A stretch of DNA of 64,000 nucleotides from Thermoanaerobaculia bacterium (GTDB lineage: Bacteria > Acidobacteriota > Thermoanaerobaculia > Gp7-AA8), in contig DATAJY010000015.1 in NCBI GenBank assembly GCA_036261885.1, positions 274,877-338,876 on the forward strand. The letters run 5' to 3'. This document shows positions 35,845 through 46,019 of the stretch, piece by piece. Each line of letters starts with the position of its first letter. Positions within the stretch are counted from its first letter, which is position 1. A program made the translations under genes and the position numbers. A model generated the notes under the pieces. It made no database searches. It was not told where the DNA came from and was given only the letters and a program-made list of their open reading frames with translations.

Positions 35845-37173
35845 ATGGCCGATCGTCCGAAACGTTCCCGTAAGAAGCTGTTCCTCTGGATTGGTGTGCT
35901 TGTCCTGGTGGTGGGCGGCATCGTCGCGTTCGCCGTTTCGAGAAAGCGCGAACAGCCGATCCTCATCACCACCGAGAAGGCGTTCCGCACGAACCTCACC
36001 GAGGTCGTGACCGCCACCGGCAAGATCCAGCCGGAAATCGAGGTGAAGATCGCTCCGGAGGTCTCGGGCGAGATCATCGAGATGCCGGTTCGGGAAGGGC
36101 AGCTCGTCAAAAAGGGCGACCTGCTGCTGCGCATCAAGCCGGACAGCTATCGCGCGCAGGTGGAGTCGCAGATGGCGGCGCTGAATTCCGCCCGTTCGGC
36201 CAGCGTGCGCAATCGCGCCGAGCTGACGAAAGCGGAGACCGAGTACAACCGCATTCAGAAGTTGTTCGACAGCGGATTGATCTCCGGCACCGACCGCGAT
36301 TCGGCGAAATCGGCGGCGGATGGCGCCAGAGCGGCGCTGCAGTCGGCGTTGTTCGAGATCGAGCGCGCCGAGGGCTCGTTGCGGCAGATCAACGAGGCGC
36401 TGTCGAAGACGAACATCTTTTCGCCGACCACCGGCACGATCAGCTCCCTCACCAGCCGCGTCGGGGAGCGCGTCGTCGGCACCAGCCAGTTCGCCGGCAC
36501 CGAAGTGATGCGCATCGCCGATCTCGACAACATGGAAGCGCGTGTGAACGTGAACGAGAACGACGTCGTGGCGGTGAAGGTCGGCGACATGGCGCGCATC
36601 AGCGTCGATGCGTATCCCGATCGCGAGATCCGCGGCGTGGTGCGCGAGATCGCCAGCACGGCTCTCACGCGCAACGCCGGCACGCAGGAAGAAGTCACGA
36701 ATTTCGAAGTGAAGATCAGCATCTCCGATCGCTCCGTGCGTCTGCGGCCGGGGATGAGCGCGACGGCCGACGTCGAGACCGCGACGGTGAGCAACGTCAT
36801 CGCGGTGCCGATCCAGAGCGTGACCGTGCGCAGCACCGACAACGATCTCTCGCCCGAGGAACAGGAGCGCCAGCGCGTGCGCGCCGCGGCGCAGGACAAG
36901 AGTGACAACCGCGCCGACGTCACCAACGAACAGGCCGAGAAGCAGAAGGAACGCGCGCAGCGCGCGAAGCTGCAGCGCGTGGTCTTCATCAAGACCGGCG
37001 ACACCGTGCGCATGCAGAAGGTGGAGACCGGCATCGCCGACGCCACGTTCATGGAAATCCGGAGCGGCGTCAAAGCGGGCGACGAAGTGGTCTCGGGCTC
37101 GTACACCGCGATCTCGCGGCGGTTGAAAGAAGGCTCGAAGGTGGCGATCGAAAAAGAAGTACCGAAGAAATAG
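35845..37173 (+). CDS. Efflux transporter periplasmic adaptor subunit (HlyD/MacA-like)
   Basis: 442 aa. N-terminal TM anchor. Biotinyl/lipoyl-like hairpin (IAPEVSGEIIEMPVREGQLVKKGDLLLRI). Coiled-coil and beta-barrel domains. Confidence 0.85.
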   Translation: MADRPKRSRKKLFLWIGVLVLVVGGIVAFAVSRKREQPILITTEKAFRTNLTEVVTATGKIQPEIEVKIAPEVSGEIIEMPVREGQLVKKGDLLLRIKPDSYRAQVESQMAALNSARSASVRNRAELTKAETEYNRIQKLFDSGLISGTDRDSAKSAADGARAALQSALFEIERAEGSLRQINEALSKTNIFSPTTGTISSLTSRVGERVVGTSQFAGTEVMRIADLDNMEARVNVNENDVVAVKVGDMARISVDAYPDREIRGVVREIASTALTRNAGTQEEVTNFEVKISISDRSVRLRPGMSATADVETATVSNVIAVPIQSVTVRSTDNDLSPEEQERQRVRAAAQDKSDNRADVTNEQAEKQKERAQRAKLQRVVFIKTGDTVRMQKVETGIADATFMEIRSGVKAGDEVVSGSYTAISRRLKEGSKVAIEKEVPKK

Positions 37174-37184
37174 CGGAGCGATCG

Positions 37185-38438
37185 ATGCTGCGCAGCGTCT
37201 ACCTCGAAATCACAGACTCGTTCGCCATCGCGATGACCGTGATCCGCGCGCATAAGATGCGCTCGGCCCTCACCGCCCTCGGCGTGATCATCGGCATCAT
37301 CGCCGTCACGCTGATGGGCTCCGCGATCGGCGGCATCGAGACCGGCTTCGAGCGCAGCCTCGCGGTGATCGGCGACGACATTCTCTACGTCGAGAAATGG
37401 CCGTGGCGCCACGTCGATGACTGGTGGAACTATCGCAACCGGCGGCGGATGGAAGCGCATTACGCCGACGACCTGAAGAAGATCATCGCGGCCACGCCGA
37501 ACTCGCAGCTCGTCACCGCCGTGCCGACTCTCAACACCTCGCGCAGCGTCAAGTACGGACAGAACGAAGTGCGCGGCGTCTTCACGCAGGGAACGACCGA
37601 CGAGTTTCTGATCACCTCCACCGCCACGTTCAAGGAAGGACGCTTCTTCAACGAACACGAATCGCGCAGCGGACGAAGCGTGGTGATTCTCGGCTACGAC
37701 GTCGCGGATGCGCTCTTCCCGAATGAAAGCGCCATCGGCAAGACCGTGCTCGTCGGGGGCGTGCCGTTCCGCGTTCTCGGCGTGTACGGCAAGCAGGGGA
37801 CGTTCCTCGGACTCTTCAGCTTCGACACCTATGCCGTCGTTCCGCTGCCGGCGTTCACGAAGGCATTCAGCTCGCGTCTCGACACCTCCATTCGCGTGAA
37901 GGTGAAAGACAAGAATCGGATGGACGCGGCGAAGGGAGAGCTCATCGGCGCCATGCGTCGCGTGCGCGGACTGCCGCCCGAGTACAAGAACGATTTCGAG
38001 ATCAACGAACAGCAGGCGTTGCGCAGCACCATCGATCCGATCAAAGGCGGCATCGCCATCGCCGGGCTCTTCGTGACCGGCCTGGCCCTCTTCGTCGGCG
38101 CGATCGGCATCATGAACATCACCTACGTCAGCGTGAAGGAACGCACGCGGGAGATCGGCACGCGCAAGGCGGTCGGCGCGCGCCGGCGCACGATCCTTCT
38201 GCAGTTCCTCATCGAAGCGGTCAGCATCTGCCTCGTCGGCGGTGCGATCGGTCTCTTTCTTTCGTGGCTTCTCTGCACCGCCGTGGCCGCGGCGTTTCCG
38301 TCGTTCCCGCTGACTTTCTCGGTCAGTCTCGTGATCACCGGTCTGATCGTCTCGATGCTCACCGGCGTGTTCAGCGGATTCGCGCCGGCGCTCAGCGCCT
38401 CGCGGCTCGATCCGATCGAAGCGCTTCGCTACGAATAG
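37185..38438 (+). CDS. ABC transporter permease, FtsX/MacB-type (no ATPase domain)
   Basis: 417 aa. MacB_PCD-like periplasmic domain between TM1 and TM2. C-terminal FtsX 4-TM module (ERTREIGTRKAVGARRRTILLQFLIEA). Confidence 0.85.
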   Translation: MLRSVYLEITDSFAIAMTVIRAHKMRSALTALGVIIGIIAVTLMGSAIGGIETGFERSLAVIGDDILYVEKWPWRHVDDWWNYRNRRRMEAHYADDLKKIIAATPNSQLVTAVPTLNTSRSVKYGQNEVRGVFTQGTTDEFLITSTATFKEGRFFNEHESRSGRSVVILGYDVADALFPNESAIGKTVLVGGVPFRVLGVYGKQGTFLGLFSFDTYAVVPLPAFTKAFSSRLDTSIRVKVKDKNRMDAAKGELIGAMRRVRGLPPEYKNDFEINEQQALRSTIDPIKGGIAIAGLFVTGLALFVGAIGIMNITYVSVKERTREIGTRKAVGARRRTILLQFLIEAVSICLVGGAIGLFLSWLLCTAVAAAFPSFPLTFSVSLVITGLIVSMLTGVFSGFAPALSASRLDPIEALRYE

Positions 38439-38440
38439 CC

Positions 38441-39667
38441 ATGCCGTTCGCCGAAATCCTCCGCCTTTCGCTCACCGCGCTGCGCACGAATCGTCTGCGC
38501 TCGATCCTGACCATTCTCGGCGTGACCATCGGCGTCTTCTCGGTGATCGGCGTCATGACCGCGCTCTCGGTGATTCAAAGCTCGATCGAGGGAGGGCTCT
38601 CGTTCCTCGGCAGCAACATCTTTCAGTTCGGCAAATATCCGGTCGTGAACACGAACGATCCGGAAGAAAAGTTCGCGAATCGCCGCAACATCACGCTCGA
38701 GGAAGCGCGCGAGTTCGAGCGGCTGATGGCCGGCGAGGCGAACGCGATCTGCCTCAAGATCTTCGATGGCGGGAAGCCGGCCAGTTACGGCCGCGTGAAG
38801 CTGCAGGGGCTCACTCTGGTCGGCACGAACGAGCACTTTCTCGTGGCCAACAGCTTCACGCTCGGCTACGGCCGGAACCTCTCGCCGGAAGACGTCGCCT
38901 TCGGCCGGCCGGTCACGGTGGTCGGCGCCGACATTCAGAAGAAGCTCTTCCCGAATTCTTCGCCGATCGGGAAGTTCATCAAGTTGAACGAGAAGCCGTA
39001 TCAGATCGTCGGCGTCTTCGGCGAGAAGGGGTCGTCGTTCGGACAGAGTCAGGACCGGCTGGTGATCGTGCCGATCACGCGCTTTCTCGGCGACTTCGGC
39101 CGCGCGAACCGCACCGTCAACATCGCCGTGCAGTCGACCTCGCAGGCGACGTACAACCAGACGCTCGACAAGGCCATCGGCGCGATGCGCTCCGCGCGCG
39201 GCCTGAAGCTCGGACAGGAAAACGATTTCGAGATCTACTCGAACGACACGCTCGTCTCCGCGTTCGGCCAGATCGCCGGCACGATCCGGATCGGCGCGTT
39301 CGTCGTGAGCGTGATCGCGCTTCTCGCGGCCGGCGTCGGCATCATGAACATCATGCTCGTCAGCGTCACCGAACGGACGCGCGAGATCGGCGTGCGCAAG
39401 GCCATCGGCGCGCGGCGCGACGACATCGTCAAACAGTTCCTGCTCGAAGCGATCGTCCTCTCCGAGCTCGGCGGCCTGGCCGGCATCGCCCTCGGCATCC
39501 TCGGCGGCAATGGTGTCGCGCTGGCGCTCGACATCGCCATGGTCTTCCCCTGGGGCTGGGCTCTCACCGGTCTCATCGTCTGCTCCGCCATCGGCACCGG
39601 CTTCGGCTGGTATCCCGCGTTCAAAGCGTCCCGACTCGATCCCATCGAAGCGCTGCGATACGAGTGA
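38441..39667 (+). CDS. ABC transporter permease, FtsX/MacB-type (second paralog)
   Basis: ORF 38264..39667. Start at MPFAEILRLSLTALRTNRLRSILTILGV (ATG 38441). ERTREIGVRKAIGARRDDIVKQFLLEA. Confidence 0.85.
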   Translation: MPFAEILRLSLTALRTNRLRSILTILGVTIGVFSVIGVMTALSVIQSSIEGGLSFLGSNIFQFGKYPVVNTNDPEEKFANRRNITLEEAREFERLMAGEANAICLKIFDGGKPASYGRVKLQGLTLVGTNEHFLVANSFTLGYGRNLSPEDVAFGRPVTVVGADIQKKLFPNSSPIGKFIKLNEKPYQIVGVFGEKGSSFGQSQDRLVIVPITRFLGDFGRANRTVNIAVQSTSQATYNQTLDKAIGAMRSARGLKLGQENDFEIYSNDTLVSAFGQIAGTIRIGAFVVSVIALLAAGVGIMNIMLVSVTERTREIGVRKAIGARRDDIVKQFLLEAIVLSELGGLAGIALGILGGNGVALALDIAMVFPWGWALTGLIVCSAIGTGFGWYPAFKASRLDPIEALRYE

Positions 39668-39950
39668 CGCGCGCGCTGGCGCCGCCCGTCAGTGATGAGG
39701 GACCAGTCGTTGCTCGACCAGTGATGAGCGATGAGTGATGAGGTAAGACACGCATCGCGAGTGCTGACCCCTCGCTGAAATGACGTCATTTCGCACAGCG
39801 TGACGCTTGCAACACCTGTCGAACCTCATCGCACATCACTCATCGCTGGCCCCACGAACACGCGCAGTTCTGACGACACGCCTGACGCGCCACGCAACCC
39901 CGCTATCATCCACCGGTCAGATTCGGAAACCCGGAGGATCGATCGTGCTG

Positions 39951-42900
39951 ATGCGCCGTCTCGCGCTCCTGCTCGCGCTTTGTGCGAGTCCTTTGCTTCA
40001 CGCCGCGACTTTCACCGTCAACAACGCCGGAGATGCCGGGGATGCGACTCCGGGCAACGGCGTCTGCGCGACCGCCGGTGCCGTCTGCACGCTGCGCGCG
40101 GCGTTGCAGGAGGCGAATGCGCTGGCCGGTACCGACACGATCAACCTCTCGATCGGCTCCGGAGCGCAGACCATTCAGCCGGCCTCGCCGCTGCCGGTTT
40201 CGTCGAACGTCACGATCGATGGAACGACGCAACCAGGGAGTGGTGCAGGTCCGTTCATCCTGCTCGACGGACAGAACGCCACCACCATCGGGTTCGACGT
40301 CACCACCGGCGGCCTCACGGTCACGATTCAGGGCTTCGCCATCGGACGCTTCACCACCGCCGGCATCAAGTCGTACCAGAGCAGTAATTCCATGACCATC
40401 AAGCGCTGCCACATCGGCGTCGGACTCGATGGGATGACCGCGATGGCCAACGGCGACGGCATCCTCGTCTCCGTGCTCAATACGGGCGGCGGCTCGCTTT
40501 TCATCGGCGATGCGGCCGGCGGGGGCAACGTGATCTCCGGCAACTCGGACATGGGGATCGAGATCATCGACAGCAGCAGTGCCGGCGCGAAGATCGGCAC
40601 GCTCACGATTCAGGGAAACAAGATCGGCGTGGGCGCGGACGGCATGACCGCCGTTCCGAACGTCAGCGGCGGTTTCCGCGTGAACACGCAGATCGGCACG
40701 ACCACGTTCGGCGGCTCGGTGGCGGGGCGCAACATCCTCTCCGGCAACGGCGGCAGCGGCTACGAAACGCAGTTCTTCCTGCAGACCGATCTCCTGACGT
40801 TCAGCTACAACTACGTCGGCGTCGGACAGGACGGCGTGACCGCGGTGCCGAACAACGGCATCGGCGCGAATCTCGTGGCCCGGCAATACGTCGTCGAAGA
40901 AAACGTCATCGCCGGCAACGGCGGAGTCGGACTTCTTCTGGAAACCGGCAGCGTCGCGTCGAACGTGCGCGCGAATCGCATCGGCGTCGCTGCCGATGGC
41001 TCCGCGGTCGCGAACGGCGGACACGGCATTCAACTCAATTCGCTCACGAACCTGATCGTCGGCGGGCCCGGGACCGATGCGAACCTCATCGCGAACAACG
41101 GCGGCGACGGCATCGCGCTGACGAACAGCGTGCACGCGGAGCTCGCCGAGAACACGATCCTCGCGAACGGCGGTCTCGGCATCGACATCAACAACGACGG
41201 CGTCACGGCCAACGACGCACTCGATGCCGACACCGGCCCGAACAATGCGCAGAACTATCCGCTCCTCACCACCGCCGTGCGCGCCGGCGGCATCACCTTC
41301 GTCAACGGCAGCCTCGGCTCCGCCGCCTCGACGACATACAAGCTCCGCTTCTTCGCCAGCACCACTCCCGATGCCACCGGTTTCGGCGAAGGGGAGACGT
41401 ACCTCGGCACGATGAACGTCACCACCAACGCCTCCGGCAATGCCAGCTTCACGTTTCAGTGCCCGGCGGCGCTCGGCACGTACATCACCGCCACGGCCAC
41501 GAACATCGGTGGGAGCGACACGAGCGAATTTTCGAACGCCATTCTCGTCAGCGGCCCGCCGCAGATCCGCATGGCCGCGGCCAGCACCACTACCGCCGAA
41601 ACAGGCAGCGTCGCGCTCACCATCGAACGCATCAACGGCGCTACCGGTCCGGCCAGCGTCGACTGGGCGACCATTCCGGGCAGCGCCGGCACGAGCGATT
41701 ACGCTTCCGCATCCGGCAGCGTGACGTTCGCGAACGGCGAGACGACGAAGACGATCAACATCGCCATCGCTCCCGACACGCTCGATGAGAATGCCGAGTC
41801 GTTCGGCGTCGAGCTCTCGAACGTGAGCAGCGGCACGGAGCTCGGCTCGCCATTCAGCACGACCATTCACATCACGGACGACGATCTCCCGCCGTCGGTG
41901 TCGATCGGCGATGCCGGCCTTGCCGAGGGGAACGCCCCGCTGGCGTTCAACGTCGCGCTCTCCGCGGCCAGCGGCAAAGCGATCACCGTCGATTTCGTGA
42001 CGAGCAATGGCACCGCGACGGCCGGCAGCGATTACGCCGCGGCCGCCGGCACGCTGACTTTTGCACCGGGCGAAACGACGAAGTCGATCAGCGTTCAGCT
42101 GTTCGGCGACGCGAACATCGAGCTCGACGAGACGTTCCAGCTCACGCTGTCGAACGAGACGAACGTCACGCTCGGCGACAGTATGGCCACGGGCACGATC
42201 ACGAATGATGATGGCTTGCCGTCGCTCGCCATCGATGACGTGGCGGTGGTGGAAGGCGACGCGGCGACGTTCACGGTCACGCTCTCGGGTCCGAGCGCAT
42301 CGACCGTCACGGTCGGCTGGTCGACGTCCGACGGCAGCGCCATTTCGGGTGTCGACTACGGTGCCGGCGGCGGCACGCTCACGTTCGCGCCGGGCGAGCT
42401 GGCGAAGACGATTGTCGTGACGACGAACGACGACGCGATCGTCGAAAGCGGCGAGACCTTCTTCCTCGATCTTGCCGGGCCGTCGAACGCGACGCTCGCC
42501 GACGCGCAGGGCGGCGGCGCGATTGCCGATGACGACGGTACGCCGTCGCTGAGCATCAATGATCCCGCGGTCGTCGAAGGGACGGCGGCGACGTTCACCG
42601 TCACGCTCGCGCCGCAGTCGGCCCTGCCGGTGAGCGTGACGATCGCGACTTCCGATCTCACCGCCGATTCCTCCGACTACAGCAGCGCCACGACGACGCT
42701 CACGTTCGCGGCAGGGGAGACGTCGAAGACGATCTCGATTGCGACGACGAACGATGTGATCGCCGAGCCGCTCGAATCGTTCGCCGCCACGTTGTCCTCA
42801 CCGAGCGGCGCGACCATCGCCGACGCGAACGGCACCGCCACGATCATCGACGACGACGGCCAGCCGCGCGTGACCATCGGCAACATGACCCAGGGCGAAG

Positions 42901-45900
42901 GCAACAGCGGCCTGAGCGTCGTCCAGGTGCCGGTCGATCTCTCGCACTCCAGCGCCTCGACGATCACCGTCGTCTACACGATTGCCGACGGCACGGCCTC
43001 GTCGGCTCTCGGCGATTACGCGGCCGGCGGCGGCACGCTCACGTTCACGCCGGGCATGACCTCGCAGACCATCTCCGTCTTCATCGGCGGCGACACGCTC
43101 ATCGAACCCGACGAGACGCTTGCGATCACGCTCGGCAGTGCGGTCAACGCCACCATCATCGATGACGAGGGCATCGTCACGATCGCGAATGACGACGGCG
43201 GCGCGCAGCTCTCGATCGGCAATGCCGGCGAGGCGGAAGGCACCGGCGGCGCGAACACGCTCGACTTCGCGGTCACGCTCAACGCGCCGAGCGCCACGCC
43301 GGTGACGGTGTCGTGGACGACGCAGAACGACAGCGCGCTTGCCCCCTCCGACTACACCGCCGCGTCCGGAACGCTCACGTTTGCGCCAGGGGAAACGACG
43401 AAGACGATCGCCATCGCTGTCAATACCGACAGCGCGTTCGAATCGGACGAGTCGTTCTTCGTGCAGCTGCTCGCCGCGACGGATGCGACCATCGCCGACG
43501 CCGATGCGGCCGGAGTGCTGGTGAACGACGACCCCGCGCCCGCGGTTCCGTCGATCTCGATCGGCAATGCTTCGGTGGCCGAAGGAAATGCCGGCACGAC
43601 GCCGCTGACCTTCACCGTCACGCTCAGCACGCCGACGATTTCCACGGTGCTGGTCGATTACGGGACCGCGAACCTCTCGGCGACGGCCGGTCTCGACTAC
43701 GTCGCCGCGAGCGGCACGCTGACGTTCGCCCCTGGTGTGACGGCGCAGACAATCGCTGTTCCCGTGATCGGCGACACGCTCGTCGAAACGAACGAGACGT
43801 TCACGATCGCGCTGTCGTCGCCGACGAACGGGACGCTGGGTACCTCATCGGCGGCCGGAACGATTCTCGAAGACGACGTCGCGCCGGCCGTTCCGTCGAT
43901 CTCGATCGCGAATGCTTCGGTGGCCGAAGGAAATGCCGGCAGCACGCCGCTGACGTTCACCGTCTCGCTCGACGTCGCCACCGTTTCGACCGTGACGGTG
44001 CAGTACGCGACGGCGAACGTCTCCGCGACCGGCGGCGTCGATTACGCCGCCGCGAGCGGCACGCTGACGTTCGCCCCCGGTGTGACGTCGCAGACCATCA
44101 ACGTTCCCGTGATCGGCGACACGCTCGTCGAAACGAACGAGACGTTCACGATCGCGCTGTCGTCGCCGGCGAACGGGACGCTGGGTACCTCATCGGCGGC
44201 CGGAACGATTCTCGAAGACGACGTCGCGCCGGTCATTCCGTCGATCTCGATCGCGAATGCTTCGGTGGCCGAAGGAAATGCCGGCAGCACGCCGCTGACG
44301 TTCACCGTCTCGCTCGACGTCGCCACCGTTTCGACCGTGACGGTGCAGTACGCGACGGCGAACGTCTCCGCGACGGCCGGCGTCGATTACGCCGCCACGA
44401 GCGGCACGCTGACGTTCGCCCCCGGTGTGACGTCGCAGACCGTTGCGGTTCCGGTCATCGGCGACACCTCGGTGGAGTCGGATGAGACGTTCACGATCGC
44501 GCTGTCGTCGCCGGCGAATGCGCTGCTCGGCGGTGCGATCGCCACCGGCACGATCGTGAATGACGACTCGCTTCCGTCGCTCGCCGCGCTCTCGATCGCC
44601 GACGTCTCGCGCAACGAAGGCGATGCGGGGGCGACCGTTGATTCGTTCGTCGTCACGCTCGATGCCGCCTCCTCCGTGCCGGTGAGCGTGTCGTACGCCA
44701 CGAGCGCCGGCAGCGCCTCGGCCTCGACCGACTTCGTCTCCGCATCCGGCACGCTCGCCTTCACTCCCGGCATGACCGTGCAGACGATCGCGGTGGCGGT
44801 GCACGGCGACACGAATCGCGAATCGGACGAGACGTTCTTCGTCACCCTTTCGGCCCCCTCGAACGCCACGCTCGCCGACGCGAGCGCGACCGGCACGATC
44901 CGCAACGATGACGATCGTGAGCCGCTCATTCCCACGGTCACGTCGTCGTCGCTCACGATCGCCGAAAACGGCGGCCAGGCGTTCCTGACGCTGACGCTTT
45001 CGTCGCGTCCTTCCGGTGCGTCCCTCCGCTGGCTCACGCGCGGTGGCACCGCCGCCGCGGGCCGTGATTTCGTCGACGCCTCCGGAACGCTGGTCTTCGA
45101 CGGACTCACCGCCACGATTCCGCTGACGATCGTCGATGATGCGCAGCACGAAGAGCCCGAATCGTTCGTCGTCGAGCTGTTCGACGCGAAGAACCTCACG
45201 CTGGACGACACGAGCGCGGCCGTCACCATCGAGGACGACGACGCACCGCTCGCGATCATCCTCGTGGCCGGTTCGCTGCAGGGGGATGCGAATGCGCGAT
45301 TCGGCACCGCCGTGCAGATGCTCAACACCGGCGACGCGCGCGCCGAAGGGACGCTGATCTTCCGCGGCGCCGATTCGAGCGATTCCGTCTTCGACATCAC
45401 CCGCTCGTATGCGCTCGAGCCGCACGAACTGCGTTCGTGGAACGACTTCCCCGCCGAGAACGGCGTGCTCGGTCTCTCCACGATCGACGTGCTGCCGAAG
45501 GCCGGTTCGGTTCCGCGGATGAACATCCGCATCTACGACGACGGCGGCGCAGGGACGACCGGCTTCACGCTGCCGGTGGTCACGCCGGCCGACGCGTTGC
45601 GGGAAGGCGATCGTGCGGTGCTGATCGCGCCGGGCGATCCGATCGCCGCGCGCTTCAACATCGGCATCCGCACGCTCGCGCTCGGCGCGTCGCTGACGAT
45701 CACGGTTCGCGATCGCCACGGCGCGGTGCTGCACACGCGCACGCGTGACTACGCTCCGAATTTCTTTTCGCAGAATCCGGCCGCCGCGTTCGCCGGACGG
45801 GCCGGCGATTACATCGAAATCGAGATCACCAGAGGCAGCGCGATCCTCTACGGCGCCGCCGTCGACAACATCACCAACGACCCCAGCGTCGAGGTGCTGA

Positions 45901-45914
45901 CGCACAAGGAGTGA
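39951..45914 (+). CDS. Giant (1988 aa) secreted protein: N-terminal right-handed beta-helix, at least 14 tandem Calx-beta domains, C-terminal beta-rich domain
   Basis: ORF 39807..45914. Start at MRRLALLLALCASPLLHA (signal peptide). Beta-helix repeats (NVISGNSDMGIEI, NILSGNGGSGYE...). Repeated Calx-beta signature ...DY..ASGTLTFAPGETTKTI.V.I.GD...E..ETF...LS.. at least 14 times. Confidence 0.9.
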   Translation: MRRLALLLALCASPLLHAATFTVNNAGDAGDATPGNGVCATAGAVCTLRAALQEANALAGTDTINLSIGSGAQTIQPASPLPVSSNVTIDGTTQPGSGAGPFILLDGQNATTIGFDVTTGGLTVTIQGFAIGRFTTAGIKSYQSSNSMTIKRCHIGVGLDGMTAMANGDGILVSVLNTGGGSLFIGDAAGGGNVISGNSDMGIEIIDSSSAGAKIGTLTIQGNKIGVGADGMTAVPNVSGGFRVNTQIGTTTFGGSVAGRNILSGNGGSGYETQFFLQTDLLTFSYNYVGVGQDGVTAVPNNGIGANLVARQYVVEENVIAGNGGVGLLLETGSVASNVRANRIGVAADGSAVANGGHGIQLNSLTNLIVGGPGTDANLIANNGGDGIALTNSVHAELAENTILANGGLGIDINNDGVTANDALDADTGPNNAQNYPLLTTAVRAGGITFVNGSLGSAASTTYKLRFFASTTPDATGFGEGETYLGTMNVTTNASGNASFTFQCPAALGTYITATATNIGGSDTSEFSNAILVSGPPQIRMAAASTTTAETGSVALTIERINGATGPASVDWATIPGSAGTSDYASASGSVTFANGETTKTINIAIAPDTLDENAESFGVELSNVSSGTELGSPFSTTIHITDDDLPPSVSIGDAGLAEGNAPLAFNVALSAASGKAITVDFVTSNGTATAGSDYAAAAGTLTFAPGETTKSISVQLFGDANIELDETFQLTLSNETNVTLGDSMATGTITNDDGLPSLAIDDVAVVEGDAATFTVTLSGPSASTVTVGWSTSDGSAISGVDYGAGGGTLTFAPGELAKTIVVTTNDDAIVESGETFFLDLAGPSNATLADAQGGGAIADDDGTPSLSINDPAVVEGTAATFTVTLAPQSALPVSVTIATSDLTADSSDYSSATTTLTFAAGETSKTISIATTNDVIAEPLESFAATLSSPSGATIADANGTATIIDDDGQPRVTIGNMTQGEGNSGLSVVQVPVDLSHSSASTITVVYTIADGTASSALGDYAAGGGTLTFTPGMTSQTISVFIGGDTLIEPDETLAITLGSAVNATIIDDEGIVTIANDDGGAQLSIGNAGEAEGTGGANTLDFAVTLNAPSATPVTVSWTTQNDSALAPSDYTAASGTLTFAPGETTKTIAIAVNTDSAFESDESFFVQLLAATDATIADADAAGVLVNDDPAPAVPSISIGNASVAEGNAGTTPLTFTVTLSTPTISTVLVDYGTANLSATAGLDYVAASGTLTFAPGVTAQTIAVPVIGDTLVETNETFTIALSSPTNGTLGTSSAAGTILEDDVAPAVPSISIANASVAEGNAGSTPLTFTVSLDVATVSTVTVQYATANVSATGGVDYAAASGTLTFAPGVTSQTINVPVIGDTLVETNETFTIALSSPANGTLGTSSAAGTILEDDVAPVIPSISIANASVAEGNAGSTPLTFTVSLDVATVSTVTVQYATANVSATAGVDYAATSGTLTFAPGVTSQTVAVPVIGDTSVESDETFTIALSSPANALLGGAIATGTIVNDDSLPSLAALSIADVSRNEGDAGATVDSFVVTLDAASSVPVSVSYATSAGSASASTDFVSASGTLAFTPGMTVQTIAVAVHGDTNRESDETFFVTLSAPSNATLADASATGTIRNDDDREPLIPTVTSSSLTIAENGGQAFLTLTLSSRPSGASLRWLTRGGTAAAGRDFVDASGTLVFDGLTATIPLTIVDDAQHEEPESFVVELFDAKNLTLDDTSAAVTIEDDDAPLAIILVAGSLQGDANARFGTAVQMLNTGDARAEGTLIFRGADSSDSVFDITRSYALEPHELRSWNDFPAENGVLGLSTIDVLPKAGSVPRMNIRIYDDGGAGTTGFTLPVVTPADALREGDRAVLIAPGDPIAARFNIGIRTLALGASLTITVRDRHGAVLHTRTRDYAPNFFSQNPAAAFAGRAGDYIEIEITRGSAILYGAAVDNITNDPSVEVLTHKE

Positions 45915-45975
45915 GCCGCGGGATCGAGGATTGAGGATGCTTTCCCATCCGCAATCCTCGATCCTTGATCCTCAA
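45915..45975. terminator. Palindromic repeat (GATTGAGGAT family), copy 2; likely terminator hairpin after the giant Calx-beta gene
   Basis: gatcgaggattgaggatgctttcccatccgcaatcctcgatccttgatcctcaatcc. gatcgaggattg pairs with caatcctcgatc. It lies immediately 3' of the stop at 45914. Confidence 0.55.
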
Positions 45976-46019
45976 TCCTGAAACGTCCCTTCCTCCCCAT
46001 CGTAAGAAACTCCTGCACA

